From an uncultured Chloroflexia bacterium (GTDB taxonomy: Bacteria > Chloroflexota > Limnocylindria > Limnocylindrales > CSP1-4): a stretch of 64,000 bases of DNA. The notes beneath the pieces are model-generated. The model was not told where the DNA came from, did no database searches, and saw only the letters and a list, made by a program, of their open reading frames with translations. Shown piece by piece: positions 48,954-59,670 of the stretch. The position numbers were made by a program, and so were the translations under genes. The stretch covers positions 925-64,924 of the forward strand of contig CAVPJO010000014.1 of NCBI GenBank assembly GCA_963705425.1, in the 5' to 3' direction. The stretch's first letter is position 1. The number at the start of each line of letters is the position of its first letter.

Positions 48954-50059
48954 GTGACGGCTGAAGGGACACCAGGGGCTGCCGACGGCGGGGCCTCGGA
49001 CGAGCGGGTCCGGAAACGGAACTGGTTCCAGGAGGCACTGAGCAAGCCCTCTTCGGGTGCCATCATCGCGGCGCTCGTGGCCTTCCTCGTCTTCTCCTGG
49101 CCGCTCTGGGAATGCCTGGCCGACGCCGGAGCCTGCTACGGCAAGGGCTTCCTCTCGGCGCGCGGCATCGCCAACTGGCTCGATGTGGCGGCCCAGGTGG
49201 GTATCCTCGCGGCAGCCGTGACGCTGCTCATGATCGCCGGCGAGTTCGACCTCTCGATCGGCTCGATGATCGGCGCAGCCGGCATGATCATCGCCATCGG
49301 CATGGACCAGTTCGGCCTGCAACCCTGGATGGCAGTGGCCGCCGCCTTCGCCTTCGCGCTCGCGGTCGGCTGGTTCAACGGCTGGCTGGTGACCAAGACC
49401 GGCCTGCCCTCGTTCATCGTGACGCTGGGCATGCTGTTCTTGTTACGTGGCCTGACCATCGGCCTCACCAGGTACATCACCGACCGCACCCAGGTCGGCG
49501 GCCTCTCGGACTACACCGAGGGCGACCTCTTCAGCTCTCTGTTCACGGGCGAGGTCACCGTCCCCATCCTCGAGATCGAGAATCGAAGCCTCGGTCATCT
49601 GGTGGATCGTGCTGACGGTGGTGGCCGCCTGGATCCTGTTCCGGACGACCTACGGCAACTGGATCTTCGGCACCGGCGGCAACAAGGTCTCCGCTCGCAA
49701 CGTGGGTGTGCCTGTCCGCCGAGTCGAAGATCTCGCTGTTCATGGGCACGGCTGCCGCAGCCGCCCTGCTGGCTACCGTCCAGGTCCTCGAGTTCAGCTC
49801 TGCCGATACAGCGCGCGGCAACCTCAAGGAGCTGGAGGCCATCGCTTCAGCGGTCATCGGTGGCAACCTGCTGACCGGTGGCTATGGCTCGCCCATCGGC
49901 ACGTTCTTCGGAGCCCTGACCCTGGGCATGACCCAGGTCGGCATCCCCATGGCGGGCCTTCCCGGCGATTGGTTCCGCGCCGTCCTCGGCGTCGTCCTGC
50001 TCGTTGCCGTCCTCGGCTCCAACTGGATCCGCATGCGAGGCACAGGAGTGCGCTCATGA
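48954..50059 (+). CDS. Sugar ABC transporter permease, two frame breaks (~49585, ~49727)
   Basis: The pieces are in ORFs 48954..49874, 49609..50904 ([41 protein letters not shown]) and 49706..50059 ([15 protein letters not shown]...[16 protein letters not shown]). Confidence 0.85.
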
Positions 50060-50904
50060 ACAAGATCGACACCGCGGTCCCACTCATCGAGGCACGCTCG
50101 CTGACCAAGTACTTCGGCAACGTCATCGCCATCCAGGATGTCTCGCTCACGGTGCGCCCAGGCGAGGTCGTATGCCTGCTCGGTGACAACGGCGCAGGCA
50201 AGTCGACGCTCATCAAGACGCTCTCCGGCGTACACCCGCCCGACAGCGGTGAGATCGTGCTCGAGGGCACTCCCGTGACGTTCTCGTCGCCGCGCGCCGC
50301 GTTGCACCACGGTATCGCCACCGTCTACCAGGACCTGGCCATGTGTCCGCTCATGAGCGTGGCCCGCAACTTCTTCCTGGGCAACGAGCCGACCAAGGGT
50401 TGGGGGCCACTGAAGCGCTACGACACCGAGACAGCCGATCGCATCAGCCGCGAGGAGCTGCTGGCCATGGGCATCGACCTGCGCGACACCACGCAGGCCG
50501 TGGGCACCCTGTCGGGCGGTGAGCGCCAGTCGGTGGCCATCGCACGTGCCGTGCATTTCGGCGCCAAGGTCGTCATCCTCGACGAGCCGACGTCGGCGCT
50601 GGGCGTCAAGGAGGCGGCCATCGTGCTGCGCTACGTGGTCGCTGCCCAGGCTCGCGGCCTGGGCATCATCCTCATCACCCACAACGTCAACCACGCCTAT
50701 CCGGTCGGAGAACGCTTCGTCATCCTCGACCGCGGGCAGATGGTGGGCACGTTCGAGAAGGACGAGCTACCCAAGGAGGAGCTGCTCAAGCTGATGGGTG
50801 GCGGCGCCGAGCTCGACAAGCTCAGCCACGAGCTCGAGGAGTACGCGGCCGTGGTCGAGCAGCAGGGCACCGACGGCTCGGGTACCTCGGCGGCCGCGAA
50901 CTAG
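50056..50904 (+). CDS. Sugar ABC transporter ATP-binding protein (single NBD)
   Basis: The distal part of ORF 49609..50904. ATG 50056 overlaps the permease stop (ATGA). Motifs: [34 protein letters not shown]. Confidence 0.9.
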   Translation: MNKIDTAVPLIEARSLTKYFGNVIAIQDVSLTVRPGEVVCLLGDNGAGKSTLIKTLSGVHPPDSGEIVLEGTPVTFSSPRAALHHGIATVYQDLAMCPLMSVARNFFLGNEPTKGWGPLKRYDTETADRISREELLAMGIDLRDTTQAVGTLSGGERQSVAIARAVHFGAKVVILDEPTSALGVKEAAIVLRYVVAAQARGLGIILITHNVNHAYPVGERFVILDRGQMVGTFEKDELPKEELLKLMGGGAELDKLSHELEEYAAVVEQQGTDGSGTSAAAN

Positions 50905-50906
50905 GC

Positions 50907-51907
50907 ATGCGTGGCGCGACCGGCTCGTCGAGGTCCGCCACCATTCGCGACGTCGCTGCGCGCGCCGGCGTCTCCACGGCCACGGTCAGTCGCGCCCTGC
51001 GCGGCGGCGTCGGCGTGGAACCCTCGACGCGGGCACGGGTCGAGGAGGCCGCCCGTGAGCTGCGCTATCGGCCTTCGGGCGTGGCACGCTCCCTCAAGCT
51101 GCGCTCGACGCGAACGCTCGGCCTCATCGTCACCGACATCGAGAACCCCTACTTCCCGCAGATCATCCGCGCCGTCGAGGACGCGGCACGGATGCGCGGC
51201 TACTCGGTTGTGCTGGCCGACGGGCGCCGCGACGAGGAGCGTGAGATCCAGTCGCTGGAGCTGCTGGCCGAGCGCCAGGTCGACGGTCTGCTCCTCGCCA
51301 GTGCGGCGCTCACCGAGCGCCATCGCTCGTGGATCGACGAGCGTCCCTGCCCGGTCGTCATCATGAACAGCGGCTCGGCCTTCGGCTCGGTACCGGCCGT
51401 GCTCTCCGACAATGCGGCGGGAGGACGGCTGGCTGCCGAGCACCTGCTGGAGCTCGGGCCATCGGCAGCTGACGTATCGTCGCCACGGCCGCCGGCCAAT
51501 CTCGCGGTCGACGAACGCCTCGAGGGCGTACGAGAGGCGCTGGCGAGGCCGGGTTCGCCGGTCGAGGACCTCGACATCGTCGAGGGCGACGGAGGCGTCG
51601 AGGGCGGCGAAACGGCCGCGCTCGAGGCCATGGAGCGGCGGCGCGCAGACCACGGCCCTGATCTGCTACAACGACCTCACCGCCGTGGGAGCGGTGCGGG
51701 GTGTCCACGCACTGGGCTTCCGGGTGCCCGACGACGTGAGCGTCGTCGGCTTCGACGATATCGAGCTGGCGCTCCTACGTCGACCCTCCGCTGACGACCA
51801 TGCGGCAGGACACCACGAAGATGGGGGACTGGGCTGTGGCCACCCTGCTAGGTCTCATCGACGAGAGCGCCACCGGCCAGGAGCCGGTCGCTGATGAGCG
51901 GCGCTGA
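50907..51907 (+). CDS. LacI-family transcriptional regulator (candidate iol repressor), about four frame breaks
   Basis: HTH ATIRDVAARAGVSTATVSRAL in ORF 50907..51794. GHRQLTY and ALICYNDLTAVGAVRGVHALGFRVPDDVSVVGFDDIELA are in ORF 51412..51894. The end YVDPPLTTMRQDTTKMG...ADERR is in a third frame stopping at 51905..51907. Confidence 0.85.
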
Positions 51908-51992
51908 GGCGCCCACCGAGCGCATCCCCGTGCACCTCGTCGTGCGTGGCTCCACGGGGCCCGCCCCGGAGGCCTGAGCGACACCACTGTCG

Positions 51993-52894
51993 CTAGTGGC
52001 GGCCGCCGATCCTGTCCAGCAGTTGTGCGAAGGTGGGCACCGAGTTCATGCCCGGACCCTCGACCAGCAGGCTCGAGGCGGCCGCGCCCATGTGGATGTC
52101 GCGGCCCGCGTTCCTGCGCGGCGTCGCCGGCCACCAGTCTTGCCGCGACGAGGCCGGCCAGCATCGTGTCGCCGGCACCGGTGGGATCGACTTCACCGCG
52201 GGAGGGCACGCTGGGATAGGCCCGCGCCCTGGTGATGCGGCCGGCCTCGGAAGCGGATGAGCATGCCGCCCACCAGGCCGGCGGTCAGCAGTACGTCACA
52301 TTCGTCCCCGACCCACGCGCCGATGTCGCGGAGCGAGAGGTCGCTGGGGATGTCGTGGCGGCTGACGGCGACGATGTCGGCACGCTCCAGGAAGGGCGAT
52401 GGGCCCGGGCAGCCGGGGACGTACCCGCTCACCGGGCTCGAGTTCGCGCAGGATGCCCTGCCAGCCGAACGCGACGCAGCTCGTCGGGCAGTGGGCACGT
52501 CGACCCATTCATCGGGGTAGCTCTGAGGCGATGGGCGCGAAGACCCAGGCCGGTGCGTTCTCCCACGCCGCCGGCAAGCGCCTCGATGGGTACCGGGTCG
52601 CTGAGTGAGCCGCAGGTCTGGATGCGACCGGCCAGCGTCTCGACGTTGGTGAAGATGGGGCCGCGCTCCAGCGGCACCTCGACGATCTCCGCGCCGGCCC
52701 CGCGGATGAGGTCGAGTTCGCGCGCGGTGGCGGCTTCGTCGTCGAGGCCGAGCACCACGCCGGTGCGCAGACCGAGGCGGGCCAGGGCCAGCGCGCCGAA
52801 GGTGACACCGCCGCCGAGCAGCCAACCTCGCGGGTCCGTCGTCGTTGAGGTCGCGCGTGGCCGATCCGACCACGACGACGTCCGGTGCCTGCAT
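51993..52894 (-). CDS. PfkB-family carbohydrate kinase (possible IolC analogue), at least five frame breaks
   Basis: ATG 52894 with SD GGGAGG: MQAPDVVVVGSATRDL. Further pieces are in ORFs 52429..52758, 52509..52931, 52193..53254, 51775..52209 (EVDPTGAGDTMLAGLVAA) and 51993..52196. Confidence 0.7.
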
Positions 52895-52969
52895 CGAGCC
52901 TCCCTTCCCGTCCGACCCGGCTGATGCGCATGGCCGGGCGCGTGAGCGCAGAAGCCTATACTCGGTCTC

Positions 52970-53414
52970 GTGACTTCGCGCGACGGGGATGCACCCCCCT
53001 ACTACTTCTACGAGCTCCACGAGAGCGACACCGACCTGTTCGCCGACGTGCTGCTGGCGCACCAGACCGAGTTCGACGAGGCCGAGTTCCTCGAGATGGT
53101 CCTCGAGACCCGCAAGCGGATCATCGACGACTACGGCGAGGAATCGCTCATCGAGGCCGTGGCCGCCGAGCTCGGCCGAGCAGGCCGGCTTCCTCGTCAT
53201 CGACGACTCACAGCTGCGCGTCGCGGTCAACGTCTCGGCCGACGAGGACGGCACGTTCGTGGCCGATGTCGATGAAGTCGGCTACGCCGGGAGCAGCGGC
53301 GGTCGTGGGCGCGATGACTTCCGCACCATGCTCGTCGACGTCGAGCCGGACGACGCGGCCTGGGGCGTGCCCGACGGCACGCGTGTCAAGGACGACCGGC
53401 TCAGCGACGACTGA
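52970..53414 (+). CDS. Hypothetical acidic protein, one frame break near 53170
   Basis: ORF 52970..53275 (PPYYFYELHESDTDLFADVLLAHQTEFDEAEFLEMV...) continues in ORF 52989..53414 (FLVIDDSQLRVAVNVSADEDGTFVADVDE...). No family recognised. Confidence 0.5.
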
Positions 53415-53436
53415 TCCGCGCGGTCGCCTGGGCGAC

Positions 53437-54541
53437 TCAGACGTTGAAGAGCACCTCGATGACGTCGCCGTCCTGCACGACGTAGGTCTTGCCCTCCGAG
53501 CGCAGCTTGCCCTGCTTCCTGGCCTCAGCCATGGAGCCCAGCTCGAGCAGCTCCTCCCAGTCGATGACCTCGGCCCGGATGAAACCGCGCGCCAGGTCGG
53601 TGTGGATGGTACCGGCAGCCTCGACGGCCGAGGCTCCGCGGGCCACGGTCCAGGCGCGCGTCTCGTCCTCGCCGGCAGTGAAGAAGCTGATGAGACCCAG
53701 CAGGTGGTAGCTGGCACGGATGACCCGCTCCATGCTCGAGCTCACCGAGGCCCAGGTCCTCCCGGAAGATCTGCGCCTCCTCATCGTCGAGCTCGCCGAT
53801 CTCCATCTCGATGCGCGCCGAGAGTTGCGCCACCTCCGTCTGGGCGTGGTCGATCGAGGCGCGCAGCTGCGCCGCCATCTCGTCAGCTCGCGAGATATCG
53901 GACTCGCCCACGTTGAGAAGCACGAGCACCGGCTTCTCGGTCAGGAAGCGGAAGCCACGGATGCGCAGTGAGTCGTCATCGTCGAGGCCCACGTCGCGGA
54001 TGGGCCGGCCGTCGATGAGGGCAGGCAGGATCTTCTCCAGCACGACCTGTTCACGCTCGTTGGCCTCCTTCTCCGCGGCGGTGCCGTGACGGCCGGACTG
54101 CCTCAGCTTCTCGAGGCGCTTCTCGACGACCCCGAGGTCGGCCAGCGTGAACTCCAGCTCGAGCTGCTCCACGTCCCGGGCCGGGTCGATGCTCGAGCAG
54201 CGGGTGCGCCACCGCGTCGTTCTCGAAGGCGCGCACGACATGCAGCAGGGCATCGGCGTTGCGCAGTCGGGCCAGCTGGTCGGCGCGGGATGTCGGCGTG
54301 CGGCTCGCCCTCGGCCGCCGGTGGCGGCGGCCGGCAGGTCGACGTAGGTGACGTCGGCCGGGACCTCCTTCTTGGGCTTGAAGAGCTCGGTCAGGCGCGT
54401 CAGCCGCTCATCGGGCACCTTGACCACGCCGGTGTTGACGGTGAGGCCGCCGAAGCCACCGGTATCGGCGTCGCCCTTGGTGAGTGAGTTGAAGACGGTC
54501 GTCTTGCCCGAGCGCGCCAGGCCGACGATGGCGATCTGCAT
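53437..54541 (-). CDS. ychF: Ribosome-binding / redox-regulated ATPase YchF, about four frame breaks
   Basis: MQIAIVGLARSGKTTVFN and the coiled-coil insert are in ORF 53525..55063. LLHVVRAFENDAVAHP is in ORF 54051..54236. The TGS-like C-terminus (HLLGLISFFTAGEDETRAWTV..GTIHTDLARGFIRAEV..GKTYVVQDGDVIEVLFNV) is in ORF 53437..53784. Confidence 0.9.
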
Positions 54542-54543
54542 GC

Positions 54544-55566
54544 CTAGTACCCTGCTGCCGGGTCCACGAGATTGAGCATCTCGCGGCCGTCCCGGTAGCG
54601 CACGAGGTTGTCGCAGAAGAGCTCGATGCTGCGATCGAGGACGCGGCCGCTCGACCATGAGGTGTGCGGCGTGATGATGAGCCCTGGTGCGTCCCACAGC
54701 GGTGAGCTGGGCGGCAGCGGCTCCTCCCAGATGGTGTCGAGGATGGCGCCTTCGAGCGGACCGGTGCGCAGCGCACGCAGCAGGGCCCGCTGGTCCACGA
54801 GCCGACCGCGGGCCACGTTGATGAGCCATGAACCCGGCTTCATCAGGGCCAGCCGCGGGCCGTCCATGAGCTTGTCCGTCTCCGGCGTGAGCGGCACGGT
54901 CAGGACCACGAAGTCGGACTCGGCGAGCAGCTCCGGCAGCTGGTCGTGGGCCAGGACGCGGTCCATGCCGTCCGGGAGGGGTTCGGTGAAGTCCTTGCGC
55001 ATGTCGGGCTCCTTGCGCGTGCCGATGACTCGCGCGCCGAACGCCAGGGCCAGCGCGGGCCACGTTGCGGCCGATGGAGCCGAGGCCGACGATGCCGATG
55101 GTGACCTGGCGCAGCTCTCGCGCCGGCAGCGGCTGCCAGGTCCGTTCCTCGCTGCAGCTCCATGAGCTCCGGTAGCCGTCGCAACACCGAGAGGATCATC
55201 ATCATCGTGTACTCGGCGATGGGCTCGCTGAAGACGCCACGGGCATTGGTGATGGTCAGGCCGCGTTGGGCAGCCTCGAGGCGTGAGCACACGCTCCACG
55301 CCAGCGGTGGCCGAATGCACCCAGCGCAGGCGAGGACAGCGCGCCAGCAGTCGGTCGAAGGTGGCCGTGGGTATGGGTCCACGCAGCAGCACCTCGACGT
55401 CGTCGAGTGGGCTGTCCGAGAGACCTTCCAGCGAGACGTTGACCAGTCGGGCGCCGGGAGCTGCGGCGCGGATGCGCGCCAGGTCCGCTTCGCGGTAGCG
55501 CGCCGAAAGGATCGGCGTCAGCGCGATGGCTGCCGGCTCGCGGCCGCTGCGAGTGGCTTCGGTCAT
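54544..55566 (-). CDS. D-isomer-specific 2-hydroxyacid dehydrogenase family protein, about three frame breaks
   Basis: MTEATRSG... and the C-terminal half (INVARGRLVDQRALLRALRTGPLEGAILDTIWEEPLP, ITPHTSW) are in ORF 54544..56628. The middle (LTITNARGVFSEPIAEYTMMMILSVLRRL) is in ORF 54900..55382. Confidence 0.85.
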   Translation of the reverse strand: MTEATRSGREPAAIALTPILSARYREADLARIRAAAPGARLVNVSLEGLSDSPLDDVEVLLRGPIPTATFDRLLARCPRLRWVHSATAGVERVLTPRGCPTRPDHHQCPWRLQRAHRRVHDDDDPLGVATATGAHGAAARNGPGSRCRRESCARSPSASSASAPSAATWPALALAFGARVIGTRKEPDMRKDFTEPLPDGMDRVLAHDQLPELLAESDFVVLTVPLTPETDKLMDGPRLALMKPGSWLINVARGRLVDQRALLRALRTGPLEGAILDTIWEEPLPPSSPLWDAPGLIITPHTSWSSGRVLDRSIELFCDNLVRYRDGREMLNLVDPAAGY

Positions 55567-56770
55567 GCACTCCCCCCGGGTTCGAATGCGGCCGGCAGCA
55601 CGCGTCGGACCCACACGGCCGGATCGTCCATCTCGCCGATCAGACGGCAGTGTCTCAGGTCCGTCCCAAAGACGAGCGATGGCGGCGGGTCCACCGATAC
55701 GATTGACGCCCGAGACGAAGCGTTCGCCACGGTGGTACTGCTCGAGCTTGATGTCCATGCCGGTGATGCGCGCCATGAGGCGGTCGATCGCCCGGCGACG
55801 CTGGCCTCGGCGCTCCTCGAAACGACGTCGGATGTCGGGGACGTCGGGCAGCACCTCAGCCCCGACCTCGTCCATGACCCAGTCGCTGAAGCCCTCCATG
55901 AGGCTCATCACCAGCTGCGTCTCCTTGAACAGCCCCCGCTGCTCCGGGCTCAGGAAGCCACGCAGGGAGCCCTCGGCCGCGGCCGTACGCCAGCGACGCG
56001 CCAAGTGAGCCAGCCCGTGCCGTTGCAGGCGAAGGGTCTCCTGAGCGAAGAGGGCCACCTGTCGTTCCAGGCGCACACGGATGTATGGCCGCAGCCAGGG
56101 ATGCGCCTCCAATTCGAAGGCATGAGTCGTCTCGTGCAGCGCGACCCACAGACGGAAGTCGTCGACTGGCACCTTCACCAGGCGCGCGGTGGCGCGGATG
56201 TTCTCTTCCACGTAGAGCAGCCGCCCTGGCTCCTGTTCGGCGGACAGGAGGGCCACGTCGTACTGACCCAGCACGCGCGAGCCGAGGTAGCCGAGCAGGA
56301 ACCCGACCTGGCCGGTAGTCAGCAAGCGGTTGGTGGCAGCCGCGAACCCGGCACGGACGCTGCCCTCCGGCAGACGCGGCGTGAGATACGGTTCCAGGTG
56401 CCTGATCAGCGCCTTGAAGGTCTCCATGTTGGCGGTGGCCCACTGGGCACGGCTGACGACGGCATGGCGTTCCACCACACCGGGCAACCGGGCACCAAGC
56501 CGCGCCTCGAGCAGGGGCACCACCAGGTCCATGTGGCGAGCGTACGCGGCCTCGGTCGCCTGCAGCTGCTCGAGCGCTGAGCCGCCCGGGGACCTTGCGC
56601 AGTCGACTACGGGCGATCCGTTCGGCACGTTCCCAGTCGACGAGACCGGTCGGGACCTTGGCGCTGGCGCGATCGGCGATGACGCGTGCGGTCACACCCA
56701 GCCCGATGGCTACGCCCACCCGCAAGGCGCGACTGGAGCGCAGGCGGCCAGCGGCCGTGGTCAAGGTCAT
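55563..56770 (-). CDS. Zinc-dependent metalloprotease, DUF2342 family; two frame breaks (~56590, ~55650)
   Basis: The N-terminus MTLTTAAGRL...LVDWERAERIA is in the 903-aa ORF 55856..58567. The body, with WVALHETTHAFE (HExxH), is in ORF 54544..56628. The end LIGEMDDPAVWVRRVLPAAFEPGGSA is in a third frame, whose TGA overlaps the next ATG (ATGA, 55563..55566). Confidence 0.8.
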
Positions 56771-57679
56771 GTCGCTCCCGGGAGATCTCGGCGGCCACGG
56801 CTGCCGGCGCCAGGTCCACGCTGCCTCGACGGCTCCCACGTCCTCCCCGAAGAGGCGCACGGCGGTTTCCTCGAAGGCAGACACATCGCCGGTGGTGAGC
56901 ATGGTGTGCTGCCCCGATGTGTCTTCAAGGGCGCCGAGGGCGTGGATCTCGAGGAGGCTTGCCAACGCGCTGGCCGTGGCCGAGGCGGAGTCGATGACCG
57001 CGGTACCTTCGCCGACGATGGCGCGCACGACCGGGCTCAGCAGCGGGTAGTGCGTGCAACCGAGGAGGAGCGTGTCGATGTGCGCCCCGGGTGCCATCGG
57101 GAACACGAACGAAGCGTCCGATGGGTCGGTCGGGCCCTCGCCGGCCACGGCGCTGCCAAGCAACGGTGCCAGCGAACGCCGGACGATGGCTTCTACCTCC
57201 GGCCCGTTGAGCCGGCCGGCCTCCACCAGGGGCACGAGCTCCGGGGTCGCGTGCTCGAAGACCTCGACGAAGGGGTCTTCCTCGTTGATGGCCTCGAAGT
57301 AGGCGTGTGAGCGGACCGTCGCCGGCGTGGCGATGACACCAACCGCGCGCGTCCGGGTGGCCAGGGCAGCCGCGGTGGCACCAGGTCGCACGACGCCGAG
57401 GATGGGCAGCGCGTAGCGCCGTCGCAACACCGGCAGAGCCACTGACGTCGAGGTGTTGCAGGCCACGACGATGGCCTTGACGTCGCGCTCGGCCAACACG
57501 TCGAGGCATTCGATGCTGAAACGCACGACCTCAGCATCCGGCCGCGGGCCGTACGGGGTTCGCTCGTTGTCGCCGAGGTACAGCGTGGACTCTGCCGGCA
57601 GCCGGCGGACGACCTCGCGCAGGACGGTGAGCCCGCCTACCCCCGAGTCGAAGAAGCCGATGGGTCGAGGGTCGCCCAT
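56767..57679 (-). CDS. murI: Glutamate racemase; 3' end uncertain (frame problem in the last ~30 codons)
   Basis: Within ORF 55856..58567 from ATG 57679: IGFFDSGVGGLTVL, IVVACNTSTS, LLLGCTHYPLL. No in-frame stop occurs before the next gene. A TGA at 56767..56769 overlaps the next ATG but is out of frame. Confidence 0.9.
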
Positions 57680-57684
57680 CGCGG

Positions 57685-58866
57685 TCAGCCGGGCGACTGT
57701 GCCAGGGATTGGGCCATCGGCGCCTCGCCGGCCGACGCGTTCTGTGGAGCGGCGAGTCGCTGTGCGATGAGCGCGATCTGCTGGCTGGCCTTGGCCTTCG
57801 GCTGCGCCAGCACGAAAGGCACGCCCTCGGCCGAGGTGGCCTTGATGAGCTGCTGATCGTCGGGGATGGACACGTCTGGCATGCGACCCAGCTCCATGCT
57901 CATCTGTTCGGGCTTGATACCCGGGCTCCCGGCCCGGTTCATGACCAGCATCATCTTCTGCGGCGGCATGCCGGCGGCTACGAAGGCCTGGCCGGCCAGC
58001 CTGGCGGTGCGGACCGAGTTGCGGTCCGGAGTGACGATGCTGACGATGCTGTCTGCGTCGTCGAGGTACGCCAACGTCGTATCCGAGATAGCCGGCGGCG
58101 AGTCGATGACGACGACGTTGTAGATGCGGCGCAGCAACGAGATGACCTTCTCGATGTCGCGGGCACGTGACCATCTCCGCCTGCTCGACGCGCGGCGGCG
58201 CGAGCAGGAGGTCGATACCCGAAGGGTCGCGCCACAGCACCGAGGCGAGGTCGCTCTCGGCGATGCGGTCGGTGGGTAGCTGCAGGATGGACGGCGCCGT
58301 GTCGGGCACGCGCAACAGGCCGCGCAGGTCACTGAACTGCAGATCGCCGTCGATGAGCACGACGCGAACGCCGGGCATCTGTCCGAACGTGACCGCCAGG
58401 TTGTAGGCGATGGTGGTGCGGCCCACGCCGCCCTTGCCGGAGTAGACCACGTACGAGCGAGACATCGCGCTTGGCGCCGTGGCGCGATAGGCCGCACTCG
58501 CGTGATTGAGCGCGTTCATCAGCTCGTAGCCCGAGAACGGCATCGACAGCACTTCGGTGATGCCCATGCCCTTCGCCGGCCTTCACCGGCTTCTGGGGAA
58601 CGGTGACGATGATGATGGGGATGCGGATGCCGGCCTGGCGCACCTGTTCGGCGACCTCGAGGCCGTTGACCTTGCCCTGCAGCAGGGCGTCGACCATCAG
58701 GGCGTCCGGGCGCAGCTCTCGGATCGTGGTCCATGACCAAGCGCCCGTCGGTGACGGTGTCGAGCAGGCGGACCTGCTTCTGATGCTGAAGGAGATTGCG
58801 CACATACTGCGATACCTGCGGGACGTCCTCGACGAGAAGCAGGCGGATCTGGTCGTCGGTAGCCAC
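57685..58866 (-). CDS. Response-regulator receiver domain fused to a ParA/MinD-type (CpaE/TadZ-like) ATPase; three frame breaks (~58730, ~58570, ~58165)
   Basis: GTG 58866: MATDDQIRLLLVEDVPQV (ORF 58519..58866). PDALMVDALLQGKVNGLEVAEQVRQAGIRIPIIIVT (ORF 58329..59201). VVYSGKGGVGRTTIAYNLA..VVLIDGDLQFSD (ORF 55856..58567). NVVVIDSPP...LVMNRA (ORF 57685..58497). Confidence 0.8.
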
Positions 58867-58873
58867 GGCGGGA

Positions 58874-59670
58874 CTATACCAATCGGGCCAAGAGAATGGT
58901 CCGGTGACTTCCGGCGTGGTAGGGGGTGAGCAGATGGTCCCCCCTGAGGTCGACCTCCGTGAAGCCCGCCTCGCACGGCCAGCTCACCGAGGTGTTCGGC
59001 CGAGAGGAGGTGGAGCAGATCGATCTTGGTGACGCGCGAGAGCACCCCCCCATGAGGTGGCGTCCACTCGTAGATCTGGGTCAGCTCCATCGTCTGGGCA
59101 GCGGGATCATGGTCGGCACAGATGGACTTGCTCACCTCATCGCCGGTCTCCGGATCGACGCGCAGCCACTCGTGCTGGATGCGTCCGTCGTATCTCGCCA
59201 ACTCTGCGACGTCAGGCGTGCCGACCTCGACGACGGCGACCCCGCCGGGCGCGCAGCTGCTCCCGCATGGTGATCAGGATCGACAGTCGGGCGTGGTCGT
59301 CCTCGGCGAGCAGGAACGTGTTCACCGCGATGAGCGCGAGACCGAAGCGAGGAGCGGACCGGTAGGTCGTGAAGTCAGCGGCCACGGCCTCGAATCGATC
59401 AGCCTCCATCTCGCCTCGTACGTCGTCCCAGCGCGCCTGCGCTCGGCTGAGCATGGCGGGGTCATCGTCAAGACCGACGACCTCATGCCCGGCCAGGGCC
59501 AGCGGGACGGCCAGTCGCCCGCTCCCGGTGCCGAGTTCGAGGACCGGCCCGCCGGCCCCGGACGCGAGCTGTTGATAGAGTTCGGCGTCGTAGTCGATAT
59601 CGAGGAAATCGAGGTCGTAGTAGCGGGCCAGGCGTTGCGCGCGCTCGGTCGCGGACATGGACTCGCTCAC
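58874..59670 (-). CDS. Class I SAM-dependent methyltransferase, two frame breaks (~59245, ~58960)
   Basis: ORF 59212..59670: VLELGTGSGRLAVPLALAGHEVVGLDDDPAML. It continues in ORF 58329..59201 (ARYDGRIQHEWLRVDPETG...). The end GDHLLTPYHAGSHRTILLARLV is in a third frame with TAG at 58874..58876. Confidence 0.8.

Noticed and set aside
55856-58567. 903-aa minus-strand ORF that looks like a giant multidomain protein
   Set aside because: It is a read-through artefact. Only segments of it are real: part of the ParA-like ATPase, all of murI and the first ~60 codons of the DUF2342 protease. The segments between and after them are Arg/Gly/Pro-rich out-of-frame translation of neighbouring genes.
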